The notes: generated by a model not told the origin, from the sequence alone. A stretch of DNA of 64,000 nucleotides from an uncultured Actinomycetes bacterium (GCA_963729135.1 CAVSMT010000014.1:216609-280608), one strand, 5' to 3'; counted from the stretch's first letter, positions 27,545 through 36,050 are shown. Numbers and translations: made by a program.

Positions 27545-28219
27545 CTGGCGATCAGCCAGAAGCTGCAGTCGCAGGTCGGCGGTCTCGACCAGGCGCAGCG
27601 GAACGCGCAGGACGCGGTCTCGCTGGTGCAGACGGCGGAAGGCTCGATGAGCGAGGTGCAGTCGATGCTGCAGCGCGTTCGCGACCTGGCCGTCCAGTAC
27701 AACAACGGCACGCTGTCCGCGTCCGACAAGGCGGCGATCACGAACGAGGTCTCGCAGCTCTGCAACGAGATCTCGCGCATCTCCGCCCAGACGAAGTTCA
27801 ACGGCATCTCGCTTCTCACCGGCAGCGCCGCCCTGAACTTCCAGGTCGGCGCCGACGACGGCGAGACGATCACGGTCTCGGCCCGCGACCTCTTCGGCGC
27901 CGGCACGACCTACGACGTCAACTCGTCGCTCTTCACGTTCGGCACGACCGTGACGCTCGCGTCGATCGATGCGGCGATCGGCAACGTCTCGACGGCCCGC
28001 GCCACCTTCGGCGCCGTGCAGAACCGCCTGGAGCACACGCTCAACAACCTCACGAACTACGAGGAGAACCTGAGCGCGTCGGAGAGCCAGATCAAGGACG
28101 TCGACATGGCGTCGGAGATGGTCAACTTCACCAAGCTCCAGATCCTCCAGTCTGCGGGCATCTCGATGCTCGCGCAGGCAAACAGCGCACCGCAGTCCGT
28201 GCTCAAGCTGCTCGGGTAG
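27545..28219 (+). pseudogene. Flagellin, 5'-truncated copy (begins at the equivalent of Leu48; no start codon, SD or promoter of its own)
   Basis: [79 protein letters not shown]. It is about 85-90 % identical to the complete fliC on the other strand. Confidence 0.85.
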
Positions 28220-28276
28220 CAACGCGCTGCTGCACCACAGCACGACCGCACCACCCGCACCAAAACATAGAGCAGG

Positions 28277-29687
28277 TCACATATCAAGGGGACACGAGGG
28301 CCGCCGCGAGGCGGCCCTCGTATTTTCTCCGCGGCGCTCCGTCAGGCCGGGCGCGATGTTCAGGTTCAGCCGGAACACGTTGTCGGGGTCGTACGCGCGC
28401 TTGACCTCGGCGAGCCGCCCGGCGTTCGTCGCGTAGACGGCCGAGACCACCTCGCTGCCGTCGTCCTCGGCGAGGTAGTTCACGTAGCGGAGGCCGGACG
28501 CGAACGGCTCGAGCCCGTCGTGGAGCTTCCGGGTCCACGCGACTGACGTGTCGGTCTCGCCGGGGTCGGCCCAGGTCGTGGTGACCGCGATCTGGTAGCC
28601 GGGGCGGCGAAGCTCGCACGCGGTCGCCTCGAGCGGGACGCGCGTCACCGCGCCGTGGAAGTGCTCGATCACGACGCCGCCGAGGGGCGCCGGCCGCTCC
28701 GCGACCGACGCGACCATCAGGTCGATCGCCCCGTCGGAGAGGTCGTCGAGGAAGCTCGACTTCCAGTAGTTGAGCGAGCCGTACGGGTAGCTCCCGTCGA
28801 GCATCCCGTTGAGGACCGCGTACGGCATCGGCCCGATCTGCGTCATCGCCGGCGTGCCGAACTCGAGCAGCGGCGCGAGGTCGCGCTCGGCCTGCTCCGG
28901 CGGCCCGATGTGGCAGACGGCGACCGCGCCGAGCTTCGCGCCGGAGCCGTCGGGCGCGTCGACGAGCGCGGCGACCGTCATCAGCTCGTCCGGGATCCCG
29001 GCCGTCCAGTCGCGGTAGAAGCGCAGGAGCTCGCCCGCCGCCGGGAGCGGGTGCGCGATCAGCCCGCCGGTGATCGTCGGGCCGACCTCGTGGAGCCCGT
29101 AGGTGAACGAGGTGACGACGCCGAAGTTCCCGCCGCCGCCGCGCAGACCCCAGAAGAGATCCGCGTTCTCGTCCGCGCTCGCGGTGACCACGCGCCCGTC
29201 GGCGAGCACGACCTCGGCGGAGAGCAGGTTGTCGAGCGCGAGCCCGTACTTCGGCATCAGCCAGCCGAGCCCGCCGCCGAGCGTGAGCCCGGCGATGCCG
29301 GTCGTCGAGATCACGCCGCCCGGTGACCGCGAGCCCGTGCGCCTGCGTCGCTTCGTTCAGCTCGCCCCAGAGCACGCCGGCCCCGGCCGTGACCGTGCGC
29401 GCAGCCGCGTCGACGTCGATCGCCTTCAGCCCGGACAGGTCGATCATCAGCCCGCCGTCGGTGAGCGCGCGCCCGGCGACGCTGTGCCCGCCGCCCTTGA
29501 CCGAGACCTCGAGCCCCTGCGCGCGCGCCGCCGCGATCGCCGCGGCCACGTCGGCCGGCCCGGTCGCGCGGGCGATCAGCCCCGGCTGCTTGTCGATCAA
29601 CCCGTTGTAGACCCGCCGCGCCTCGTCGTATCCGTCGTCGCCCGGCGCGTACTGGCCGCCCGCGAAACCCTCGATCCTGCTCGCCAT
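28277..29687 (-). CDS. FAD-linked oxidase (PCMH-type FAD-binding + BBE-like C-terminus); frame break near 29318-29322
   Basis: N-terminal VSVKGGGHSVAG, then (shifted frame) ISTTGIAGLTLGGGLGWL, WGLRGGGGNFGVVT and a C-terminal YDPDNVFRLNLNI. Confidence 0.8.
28295..28327 (+). terminator. Rho-independent terminator after the truncated flagellin (possibly bidirectional)
   Basis: CGAGGGCCGCC-gcga-GGCGGCCCTCG followed by TATTTTC. Confidence 0.7.
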
Positions 29688-29732
29688 CTCTGCCTCCCGG
29701 TCGTGAACCGGGAGACCCTAGTCGGTCGAGGC

Positions 29733-30386
29733 TCAGAGCGTGACGTATCCGGTCGCCTCGGCGGGCGAGCGGTGGACGCGCGAGACGGCGTTCGCGTAGT
29801 TGCCCTCGACCGTCGTCAACGAGCCGTCCGCGTTCACGGACTCGACGATGCCGACGTGGCGGCTGCCGAAGAGGATCAGGTCGCCGGGTGCCGGCGTCGC
29901 CGTCGGCGGGAGGAGCCGGCCCATCCGACCGGCCCAGTCGGCGATCCCCGCCACCGACGCGGAGCCCTCGCCGCCGTCGCCGAGCGGGACGCCCGCGCGG
30001 GCGGCCGCCCACGAGGCGAAGGTCGCGCACCACGGCTCGCCGGGCGCCGCGCCCGCGACCGCGCCGCGGTAGACCGCGAGCTGCGGCCCGTCGTTCGAGC
30101 CGGGCGGCTGCTCGCTCGCGCCGAGCTGCGACTCCGCCTCGGCGAGGACGCGCGTCCCCGCCGATCCGCCGGTGGCGGGCGCGAACGAAGGCAGGTATTC
30201 GAGCTGCGGCAGAAACCCGTCCAGGGTCGGCAGTCCGTCGGTCGAGGAGTCGCCGCCGACGAGCGCCGCGAGCGCGGCGGGGAACGCCTCGGCGTCCGGC
30301 TGCGCGGCGGGCTCGCGCGCCGCCGGCGTCAGGCCGGAGAGCTGCTGCAGCTCGGACACACGGCTGACGACGTCGGGATACGACAT
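29733..30386 (-). CDS. CHAP-domain peptidoglycan hydrolase (flagellum-associated by context)
   Basis: C-terminal CHAP signature EPWCATFASWAA..GDLILFGSRHVGIVE..TVEGN. It lies immediately downstream of fliC. Confidence 0.7.
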   Translation of the reverse strand: MSYPDVVSRVSELQQLSGLTPAAREPAAQPDAEAFPAALAALVGGDSSTDGLPTLDGFLPQLEYLPSFAPATGGSAGTRVLAEAESQLGASEQPPGSNDGPQLAVYRGAVAGAAPGEPWCATFASWAAARAGVPLGDGGEGSASVAGIADWAGRMGRLLPPTATPAPGDLILFGSRHVGIVESVNADGSLTTVEGNYANAVSRVHRSPAEATGYVTL

Positions 30387-30427
30387 CTCCTCCTGTCATC
30401 GACCGTGAGCGCGTGCGCTTGAACGCC

Positions 30428-30452
30428 GAGGGCCCGCCGGAGCGGGCCCTCG
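30428..30452 (-). terminator. Hairpin terminator downstream of fliC
   Basis: On the minus strand: CGAGGGCCCGC-tccg-GCGGGCCCTCG, 27 nt after the fliC stop. It is a near-copy of the hairpin at 28295-28320. Confidence 0.5.
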
Positions 30453-30479
30453 AGAGCGCACCACGTTCAGGTCAGGGGC

Positions 30480-31296
30480 CTAGCCGAGAAGCTTGAGCAC
30501 CGTCTGCGGTGACGTGTTGGCCTGCGCGAGCATCGAGGTGCCGGCCTGCTGCAGGATCTGCAGCTTGGTGAAGTTGACCATCTCGGCCGCCATGTCGACG
30601 TCCTTGATCTGGCTCTCGGACGCGCTCAGGTTCTCCTCGTAGGTGGCGAGGTTGTTGAGCGTGTGCTCGAGGCGGTTCTGCACCGCGCCGAAGGTCGAGC
30701 GGGCGTTCGAGACGTTGTCGATCGCGTCGTCGATCGAGGCCAGCGTCACGGTCGCGCCGAACGTGAACAGCGACGAGTCGACGTCGTACGTCGTGCTCGA
30801 CCCGAACAGGTCGTGGGCCGAGACCGTGATCGTCTCGCCGTCGTCGGCGCCGATCTGGAACGAGATCGTCCCGTTGCCGGAGAGGAGCGAGAGGCCGTTG
30901 AACTTCGTCTGCGAGGCGATGCGCGCGATCTCGTCGCAGAGCTGCGAGACCTCGTTCGTGATCGCCGCCTTGTCGGAGCCCGACAGCGTGCCGTTGTTGT
31001 ACTGCGACGGCCAGGTCGCGAACGCGCTGCAGCATCGACTGCACCTCGCTCATCGAGCCTTCCGCCGTCTGCACCAGCGAGACCGCGTCCTGGGCGTTCC
31101 GCTGGGCCTGTTCGAGGCCGCCCACCTGCGTCTGCAGCTTCTCGCTGATCGCGAGTCCGGCCGCATCGTCGGCTGCCTTGTTGATCCGGTAGCCCGAGCT
31201 GAGCCGCTCCATCGACTTCGAGAGCTGGTTCGACGTGTTCACGAGGTTGCGATGGGAGTCCATCGCCTCGATGTTCGTCTGGATGCGAAGAGACAT
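30480..31296 (-). CDS. fliC: Flagellin (about 272 aa); one extra base at about 31005 breaks the frame as sequenced
   Basis: [62 protein letters not shown], then a +1 shift. The rest reads [46 protein letters not shown]. Confidence 0.9.
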
Positions 31297-31341
31297 GATC
31301 GATCGGATTCCTTTCCGAAGAGAGCTGAGGGGACTCGGGCT
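31297..31341 (-). promoter_or_regulatory. fliC 5' leader with adjacent GGA motifs (candidate CsrA binding site overlapping the SD)
   Basis: Minus-strand leader ..ctcttcGGAaaGGAatccgatcgatcATG. In the Bacillus FliW-CsrA-Hag circuit, CsrA binds GGA motifs at the hag SD. Confidence 0.3.
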
Positions 31342-31572
31342 CTAGGAGCCCGGCGTGCGGTTCTCGGTGGAGGGCAGGTCGGCGATGCTCTGGTCCGCCG
31401 CGGCGACGTTCTCCGCCTTCACGGCCTCCCAGATCTCGTGCCGGAAGATCGGCACCTCGGCCGGGGCTTCGATTCCCAGCCGCACGACCGAGCCGGAGAC
31501 CTCGAGCACCGTCACGGTGACGTCGTCACCGAGACAGAGGCTCTCGCCGGCCTTGCGCGTGATCACGAGCAT
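31342..31572 (-). CDS. csrA: Carbon storage regulator CsrA (flagellar type)
   Basis: MLVITRKAGESLCLGDDVTVTVLEVSGSVVRLGIEAPAEVPIFRHEI. Confidence 0.95.
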   Translation of the reverse strand: MLVITRKAGESLCLGDDVTVTVLEVSGSVVRLGIEAPAEVPIFRHEIWEAVKAENVAAADQSIADLPSTENRTPGS

Positions 31573-31587
31573 CGTCCCTGTCCCTCC

Positions 31588-32070
31588 CTAACCGGCCGTC
31601 GCCGCCACTGGCACGGACGACCTGACCGGCTGAACCTCGTTCAGCTCCACCTCGGAAAAGAGGGGGTGCCGAACAGAGTACCCGGCAAGGTCGTTGAGCA
31701 CCTGCCGGCCGGTCCGGGTACCTGCGTTGATGATCAGCGGGCCCGCGAGGTTGATGCTGAAGTCGGAGAGCTCGTCGGTCGCGCGGACGACGCAGACGAT
31801 GTACGCGTCTCCCGCGTCGGTCAGCCCGAGCCGCTTCGCGTCGTCCTCCGGAACGCGGACCTCGTAGTCGCTGAAGAACAGCCACGGCGACGTGACCGGC
31901 AGGGCCACCTCGGCGTGGTCGACGGAGTGGAGCCAGAAGAACGGCGAATCCTCGTCCTTGGCGACGAGCGTCCAGCGCTCGCCGGGCAGGCCGGGAAGCC
32001 CGTCCGGGAACGTGAGCACCGCATCCTCGCGGATCTCGACCGTTCCGAACCTCGTGCTCTGGATGTGCAT
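31588..32070 (-). CDS. fliW: Flagellar assembly factor FliW
   Basis: STRFGTVEIREDAVLTFPDGLPGLPG..FFWLHS..INLAGPLIIN. It is adjacent to csrA. Confidence 0.9.
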   Translation of the reverse strand: MHIQSTRFGTVEIREDAVLTFPDGLPGLPGERWTLVAKDEDSPFFWLHSVDHAEVALPVTSPWLFFSDYEVRVPEDDAKRLGLTDAGDAYIVCVVRATDELSDFSINLAGPLIINAGTRTGRQVLNDLAGYSVRHPLFSEVELNEVQPVRSSVPVAATAG

Positions 32071-32091
32071 CTGCTTGGCCTCCTTTCGGCC

Positions 32092-32976
32092 TTAGTGGAG
32101 AAAGTCGATGAGAGAGGGCTGGATCAGCTCGGCGCCCGCCTTGAGCGCCGCCTGGTACACGGCCGACTGCGACGAGTAGTCGATCATCGTCTGCGCGACG
32201 TCGGCGTCCTCGGTGTCCGAGAGCTGCTTGGTCTGTGCCAGCTCGAGGTCCTGCAGACGGCTCGCGGCCGACGCGAGCCGGTTCGTCCGCGCCCCGACGA
32301 TCGCCTGCGTCGTCGTGAGCTGGCCTGTCGCGGCGTCGAGCGCCTGCAGGTCGGTCGTGTTCAGGTTCGCGGGGGTGCCGCCGGCGCGGAGGTCGGTCGC
32401 GGCCTGGCGGATCGCGGCGAGGATCGGGGAGACGACGGTGTCGCCGGTGACGTTGATCGGGACGATCACGCCGTTGCCGATCGCGCGGCCGATCGCGCCC
32501 GTGTCGCCGGCGTACGTGTCGGCGCCGCCGACCGTGAACGGAGGCGTCTGCGTCGACATCCCGGCGAAGATGTAGCGGCCGGCGTACTGCGTGTTGCCGG
32601 AGGTCTTGATCGAGTCGGCGAGCTGGTCGAGCTCGCTCGCGATCGCGTCGCGCGCGGTCTGCGACATCGTCCCGTTCGAGCCCTGCAGGATCAGGTCGCG
32701 GACGCGCTGGGCGTCGTCGTTCATCTGGCCGAGCGCGGTGTCGGTCGTGTCGAGCCACGCCGTGCCGTCGCTGACGTTCGTCTGGTACTGCTTGTTCGCC
32801 GCGAGGCCGGAGCGGTAGAGGAGCGCGCGGCTCGTCGCGAACGGGTCGTCCGACGGCTTCGTCAGCTGCTTCCCCGACGAGAGCTTCTCCTGCGTCTGGG
32901 TGAGCTGCGTGTAGACGTTCTCGATGTCCGCGAGGACCGTTCGCTGCATCATCCCGTTCGTGATCCGGTCGGTCAC
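32092..32976 (-). CDS. flgL: Flagellar hook-associated protein 3 FlgL
   Basis: GTG start. VTDRITNGMMQRTVLADI..LSSGKQLTKPSDDP and a C-terminal flagellin-like helix DYSSQSAVYQAALKAGAELIQPSLIDFL. GTGA overlap with the flgK stop. Confidence 0.85.
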   Translation of the reverse strand: MTDRITNGMMQRTVLADIENVYTQLTQTQEKLSSGKQLTKPSDDPFATSRALLYRSGLAANKQYQTNVSDGTAWLDTTDTALGQMNDDAQRVRDLILQGSNGTMSQTARDAIASELDQLADSIKTSGNTQYAGRYIFAGMSTQTPPFTVGGADTYAGDTGAIGRAIGNGVIVPINVTGDTVVSPILAAIRQAATDLRAGGTPANLNTTDLQALDAATGQLTTTQAIVGARTNRLASAASRLQDLELAQTKQLSDTEDADVAQTMIDYSSQSAVYQAALKAGAELIQPSLIDFLH

Positions 32977-34382
32977 AGCCCGACCCTCCCGGTGCGGGTG
33001 ATCAGCAGCTCGATCGCGTCGTCGAGCGACGTGAGCGCCCGCGCCGCGGCCGAGTAGCCCTGCTGGTAGCGGATCAGGTTCGTCATCTCCTCGTCGAGCG
33101 AGACGCCCGAGACCGACTCGCGGCGGTTCGTTAGCGAGTTGACGAGCACGTTCGCGTTCGTGACCGCGCGGGTCGCGTCGGCGGAGTCGGAGCCGATCGT
33201 CGTCACGAGCGTCGAGTACGCGCCGTCGATCGAGGCGCCGTTGAGCGGCGCGAGCGTCGTGTCGGTCGACATCGTGGCGATGCGGAGCGCGTTCGTGTTG
33301 TCGCCCGGCGCGTTCGCCGCCGACGCGGCCGCGATCTGCTGCGCGGTGACGACGACGCCGATGTCGGACGCGCCCATGCCGCCGAAGAACAGCTTGCCGG
33401 TCGAGCCGTCGAGGCCGACGCCGCCGGTCTGCGTGACGCCGTTCGCGTCGACGCCGCCGGCCTGCAACGCGTTCGTCTGCGTGATCAGCGTGCTCGCGAT
33501 CGTGTCGAGCTGCGACAGGTACGACGGGATCGTCGTGTCGCGCAGCGCGATCAGCGCGCCGAGCTTGCCGTTCGTGGCGCCGACCGTCGCGGTCTCGGGC
33601 GTGGGCGCGTCGTTCGAGATCGTGCCGCCCGACTCGGAGATCGTCCGCTGCGTCTTTCCGTCGACGAGCGTGACGCCGTCGAACAGCACCTTGATCGTGC
33701 CGTCGCCGTTGTCGGTGACGCTGACGTTGCCGAGCTGGCTCAGCTTGTCGAGCACCGCGTCGCGCTGGTCCATCAGGTCGTTCGGCGTGTTGCCGCCGGC
33801 GGTCGCGTCGAAGATCGAGACGTTCAGGCTCTGGAGGTCGGTCGCGTCCGAGTTGAGCTCGCCGACCGTGAGCTGCGCGTCCTGCGCGGTCTGCGACTGA
33901 AGCGTCGAGAGCTGGCTCGAGAGCGTGTTGAAGCCGTGCGCGAGGCTCTTCGCGGCCTCGACGAGCGCCTGCCGCGTGGCCGTGTCCTCGGGTGAGTTCG
34001 AGACGTTCTGCCACGCCGCCCAGTACTGGCCGAGCAGCGAGGAGAGCCCGTTGTCGGACGGCTCGTTGAGCACGCCCTCGACCTGGCCGAGCCCGTCCTG
34101 CTTCGCCTGCGCGGAGCCCTGGAGCATCGTCTGCGCGCGGAGCTGGACGTCGAGGAAGGCGTCGCGGACGCGCTGGATCGAGGTGACGTCCATGCCGGTG
34201 CCGAGCTGGATCCCCGGCATGACCTGCACCGGCAGCGTCGTCTGCATGTTCGCGGTCTCGCGCGTGTAGCCCGGCGTGTTCGCGTTCGTGATGTTGTGGC
34301 CGGTGAGGTCGAGCGCCTGCTGCTGGGCGAGGAGGCCCCGGAGCGCGGTCTCGATCCCGACGAAGGTGGAGGTGATCGCTAC
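32973..34382 (-). CDS. flgK: Flagellar hook-associated protein 1 FlgK (no canonical start codon at the conserved N-terminus)
   Basis: Conserved N-terminus ITSTFVGIETALRGLLAQQQALDLTGHNITNANTPGYTRE extends upstream of the first ATG (34247). The C-terminus is VSLDEEMTNLIRYQQGYSAAARAL. The codons at the expected start are GTA-GCG-ATC. Confidence 0.85.
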   Translation of the reverse strand, partial: VAITSTFVGIETALRGLLAQQQALDLTGHNITNANTPGYTRETANMQTTLPVQVMPGIQLGTGMDVTSIQRVRDAFLDVQLRAQTMLQGSAQAKQDGLGQVEGVLNEPSDNGLSSLLGQYWAAWQNVSNSPEDTATRQALVEAAKSLAHGFNTLSSQLSTLQSQTAQDAQLTVGELNSDATDLQSLNVSIFDATAGGNTPNDLMDQRDAVLDKLSQLGNVSVTDNGDGTIKVLFDGVTLVDGKTQRTISESGGTISNDAPTPETATVGATNGKLGALIALRDTTIPSYLSQLDTIASTLITQTNALQAGGVDANGVTQTGGVGLDGSTGKLFFGGMGASDIGVVVTAQQIAAASAANAPGDNTNALRIATMSTDTTLAPLNGASIDGAYSTLVTTIGSDSADATRAVTNANVLVNSLTNRRESVSGVSLDEEMTNLIRYQQGYSAAARALTSLDDAIELLITRTGRVGL

Positions 34383-34399
34383 GCCTCGCGTCCAGGAGG

Positions 34400-34606
34400 T
34401 TGACGGTCTTCGGGGCCGGGTCCCAACCCGTCGGCGACGCCGTCGGGCTCGCGCCGGGCGCGGTGCTCGAGCTCGACCGCGGCGTCGACGACCCGGTCGA
34501 CCTCTACGTGAACGGTCGCCGCCTCGCGCTCGGCAGGCTGCTCCTCACCGAGGACGGCGAGTGGGCCGTCCGCGTCGAGTCGATCTCGACCGAGACGGCT
34601 AGCTGA
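34400..34606 (+). pseudogene. FliN/FliY C-terminal (SpoA) domain fragment
   Basis: GDAVGLAPGAVLELDRGVDDPVDLYVNGRRLALGRLLLTEDGEWAVRVESI resembles the FliN SpoA domain. The first strand and the whole N-terminal region are missing. The only start is a TTG placed immediately after AGGAGG with no spacing. Confidence 0.6.
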
Positions 34607-35987
34607 CGGCGACGTGCGCGCGGCCGCGCCCGGCGGCCTTCGCGTCGTAGAGCGCGCCGTCGGCGGCGCGCAGAAGTTCGACCGGCGTCATCCCGCACGC
34701 CGGCGACGACGCGATCCCGAGCGAGATCCCGACCGTGAAGCGGCCATCGTCGAACGCGCGCCCGACGGCGTCGAGGAGGTACTCGGCGGCCTCCTCGGCT
34801 GCGGCGGCCTCGCCCGGGACCCAGAGCGCGAACTCGTCGCCGCCGAGCCGGCCGACGAAGCCGCGCTCGGCGAGGATCCCGCCGACCTGCGTCAGCACCG
34901 CGTCGCCGGCCTCGTGGCCGTGCTGGTCGTTCACCTGCTTGAACCGGTCGACGTCGCAGATCACGACCGAGCCCTCGGCGCCGGCGGCGAGCATCCCCTC
35001 GACCTCCTCGAGCCAGTGCCGGCGGTTCGAGAGGCCGGTGAGCGCGTCGGTCTGGGCGAGGTGCTCGAGCTTCCGGACGCGCTTCACGAGCGCGTCGATC
35101 ATCCCGACCGCGGACGCGCCGGCCACCTCCTCGGCGAGCTCGTCGAGGACGGTCACCGGCAGCTCGATCCGGGCCGTCGCCGCGTGGAGCAGCTCGGCGT
35201 CGGGCTCGGCGCCCGCGAGCATGTTGACGAGGCAGTTCGCGATCTGCACGCACGCCGCCTCCGGCGTCGGCGAGTCCTGACCCGAGCGGCCGCCGTGGTG
35301 GTGCGTAATCGCCGCGAAGACGTCGTCGCCCGCGTTCGAGCGGCCGGCGAGGAGCGCGCCGACGTACGCGTGGTCGACCCCGAGCCGCTCGCGTTCCACG
35401 TCGGCGCGGCGAACGCCGTTCGGGAACTCGAGCGAGATCGCCTCCACCTCCTTCTCGCCGAATGCGAGCGGCATCACGAGCTTGCCGACGTCGTGGAGCA
35501 GCCCGGCGAGGTGCGCGATGTCGACCGACGCGCCGCACCGCTGCGCCACGGCCTCGGAGTACGAGGCGACCGCGACCGCGTGCAGGTGCATCTGCCCGCG
35601 CGAGATGCGGCCGTTCCCCGGTACGTGCTCGAGGAACTGGTACGTGCGGGCCGCGACCGCGAGCCGGCGCAGCTCGTCGCGCCCGAGGATCGCGATCGCC
35701 TGCGCGACCGAGCGCGCCGGGAAGCGGCGGGCGAGCAACGCCGAGTTCGCGACCCGCAGGATGTTCGCGGCGAACGCCTCGTCCTGCTCGATCGTGGCGC
35801 AGATCTCCTCGTTCGACGTCTCCGGGTCGGCGGCGAGCGCCCGGACGGCCGCCACCGTGCCGGTCAGGACCGGCAAGGGTGAAAACTGGTCGAGCGCCTG
35901 GTCGAGTGACCTCGTGGGATCGCGCGGGATGCGCCAGAATAGCCCCCGGCCCGGCCGGACCCAACCGGTTCCGTGACCGCCGTCCAC
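34599..35987 (-). CDS. HDOD domain + GGDEF diguanylate cyclase
   Basis: HDOD-like region (LAGLLHDVGKLVM, ITHHHGG). GGDEF domain DALTGLSNRR..DVDRFKQVNDQHGHEAGD..RLGGDEFAL. Confidence 0.85.
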   Translation of the reverse strand: MDGGHGTGWVRPGRGLFWRIPRDPTRSLDQALDQFSPLPVLTGTVAAVRALAADPETSNEEICATIEQDEAFAANILRVANSALLARRFPARSVAQAIAILGRDELRRLAVAARTYQFLEHVPGNGRISRGQMHLHAVAVASYSEAVAQRCGASVDIAHLAGLLHDVGKLVMPLAFGEKEVEAISLEFPNGVRRADVERERLGVDHAYVGALLAGRSNAGDDVFAAITHHHGGRSGQDSPTPEAACVQIANCLVNMLAGAEPDAELLHAATARIELPVTVLDELAEEVAGASAVGMIDALVKRVRKLEHLAQTDALTGLSNRRHWLEEVEGMLAAGAEGSVVICDVDRFKQVNDQHGHEAGDAVLTQVGGILAERGFVGRLGGDEFALWVPGEAAAAEEAAEYLLDAVGRAFDDGRFTVGISLGIASSPACGMTPVELLRAADGALYDAKAAGRGRAHVAVS

Positions 35988-36001
35988 AGGGTTTTCAACA
36001 G

Positions 36002-36032
36002 CTCCGGCCCGGGCGCGAAGCCCGGGCCGGAG
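36002..36032 (-). terminator. Hairpin (13-bp perfect stem) downstream of the S53 peptidase gene
   Basis: CTCCGGCCCGGGC-gcgaa-GCCCGGGCCGGAG, 19 nt beyond the stop at 36051. Confidence 0.5.
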
Positions 36033-36050
36033 CGTGTCGTCAGGCGCGGC

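Noticed and set aside
31342-31420. Sigma-28/SigD-type promoter for fliC inside the csrA 3' end (GCCGACCT resembling the GCCGATAA -10).
   Set aside because: There is no TAAA -35 element at the 15-16 nt spacing, and the -10 match is partial. This is not enough to call a promoter.
34276-34602. 108-aa ORF that could extend the fliN fragment upstream in another frame.
   Set aside because: Its upstream part is simply the antisense of the conserved flgK N-terminal coding region and shows no FliN-like sequence. The fragment interpretation is simpler.
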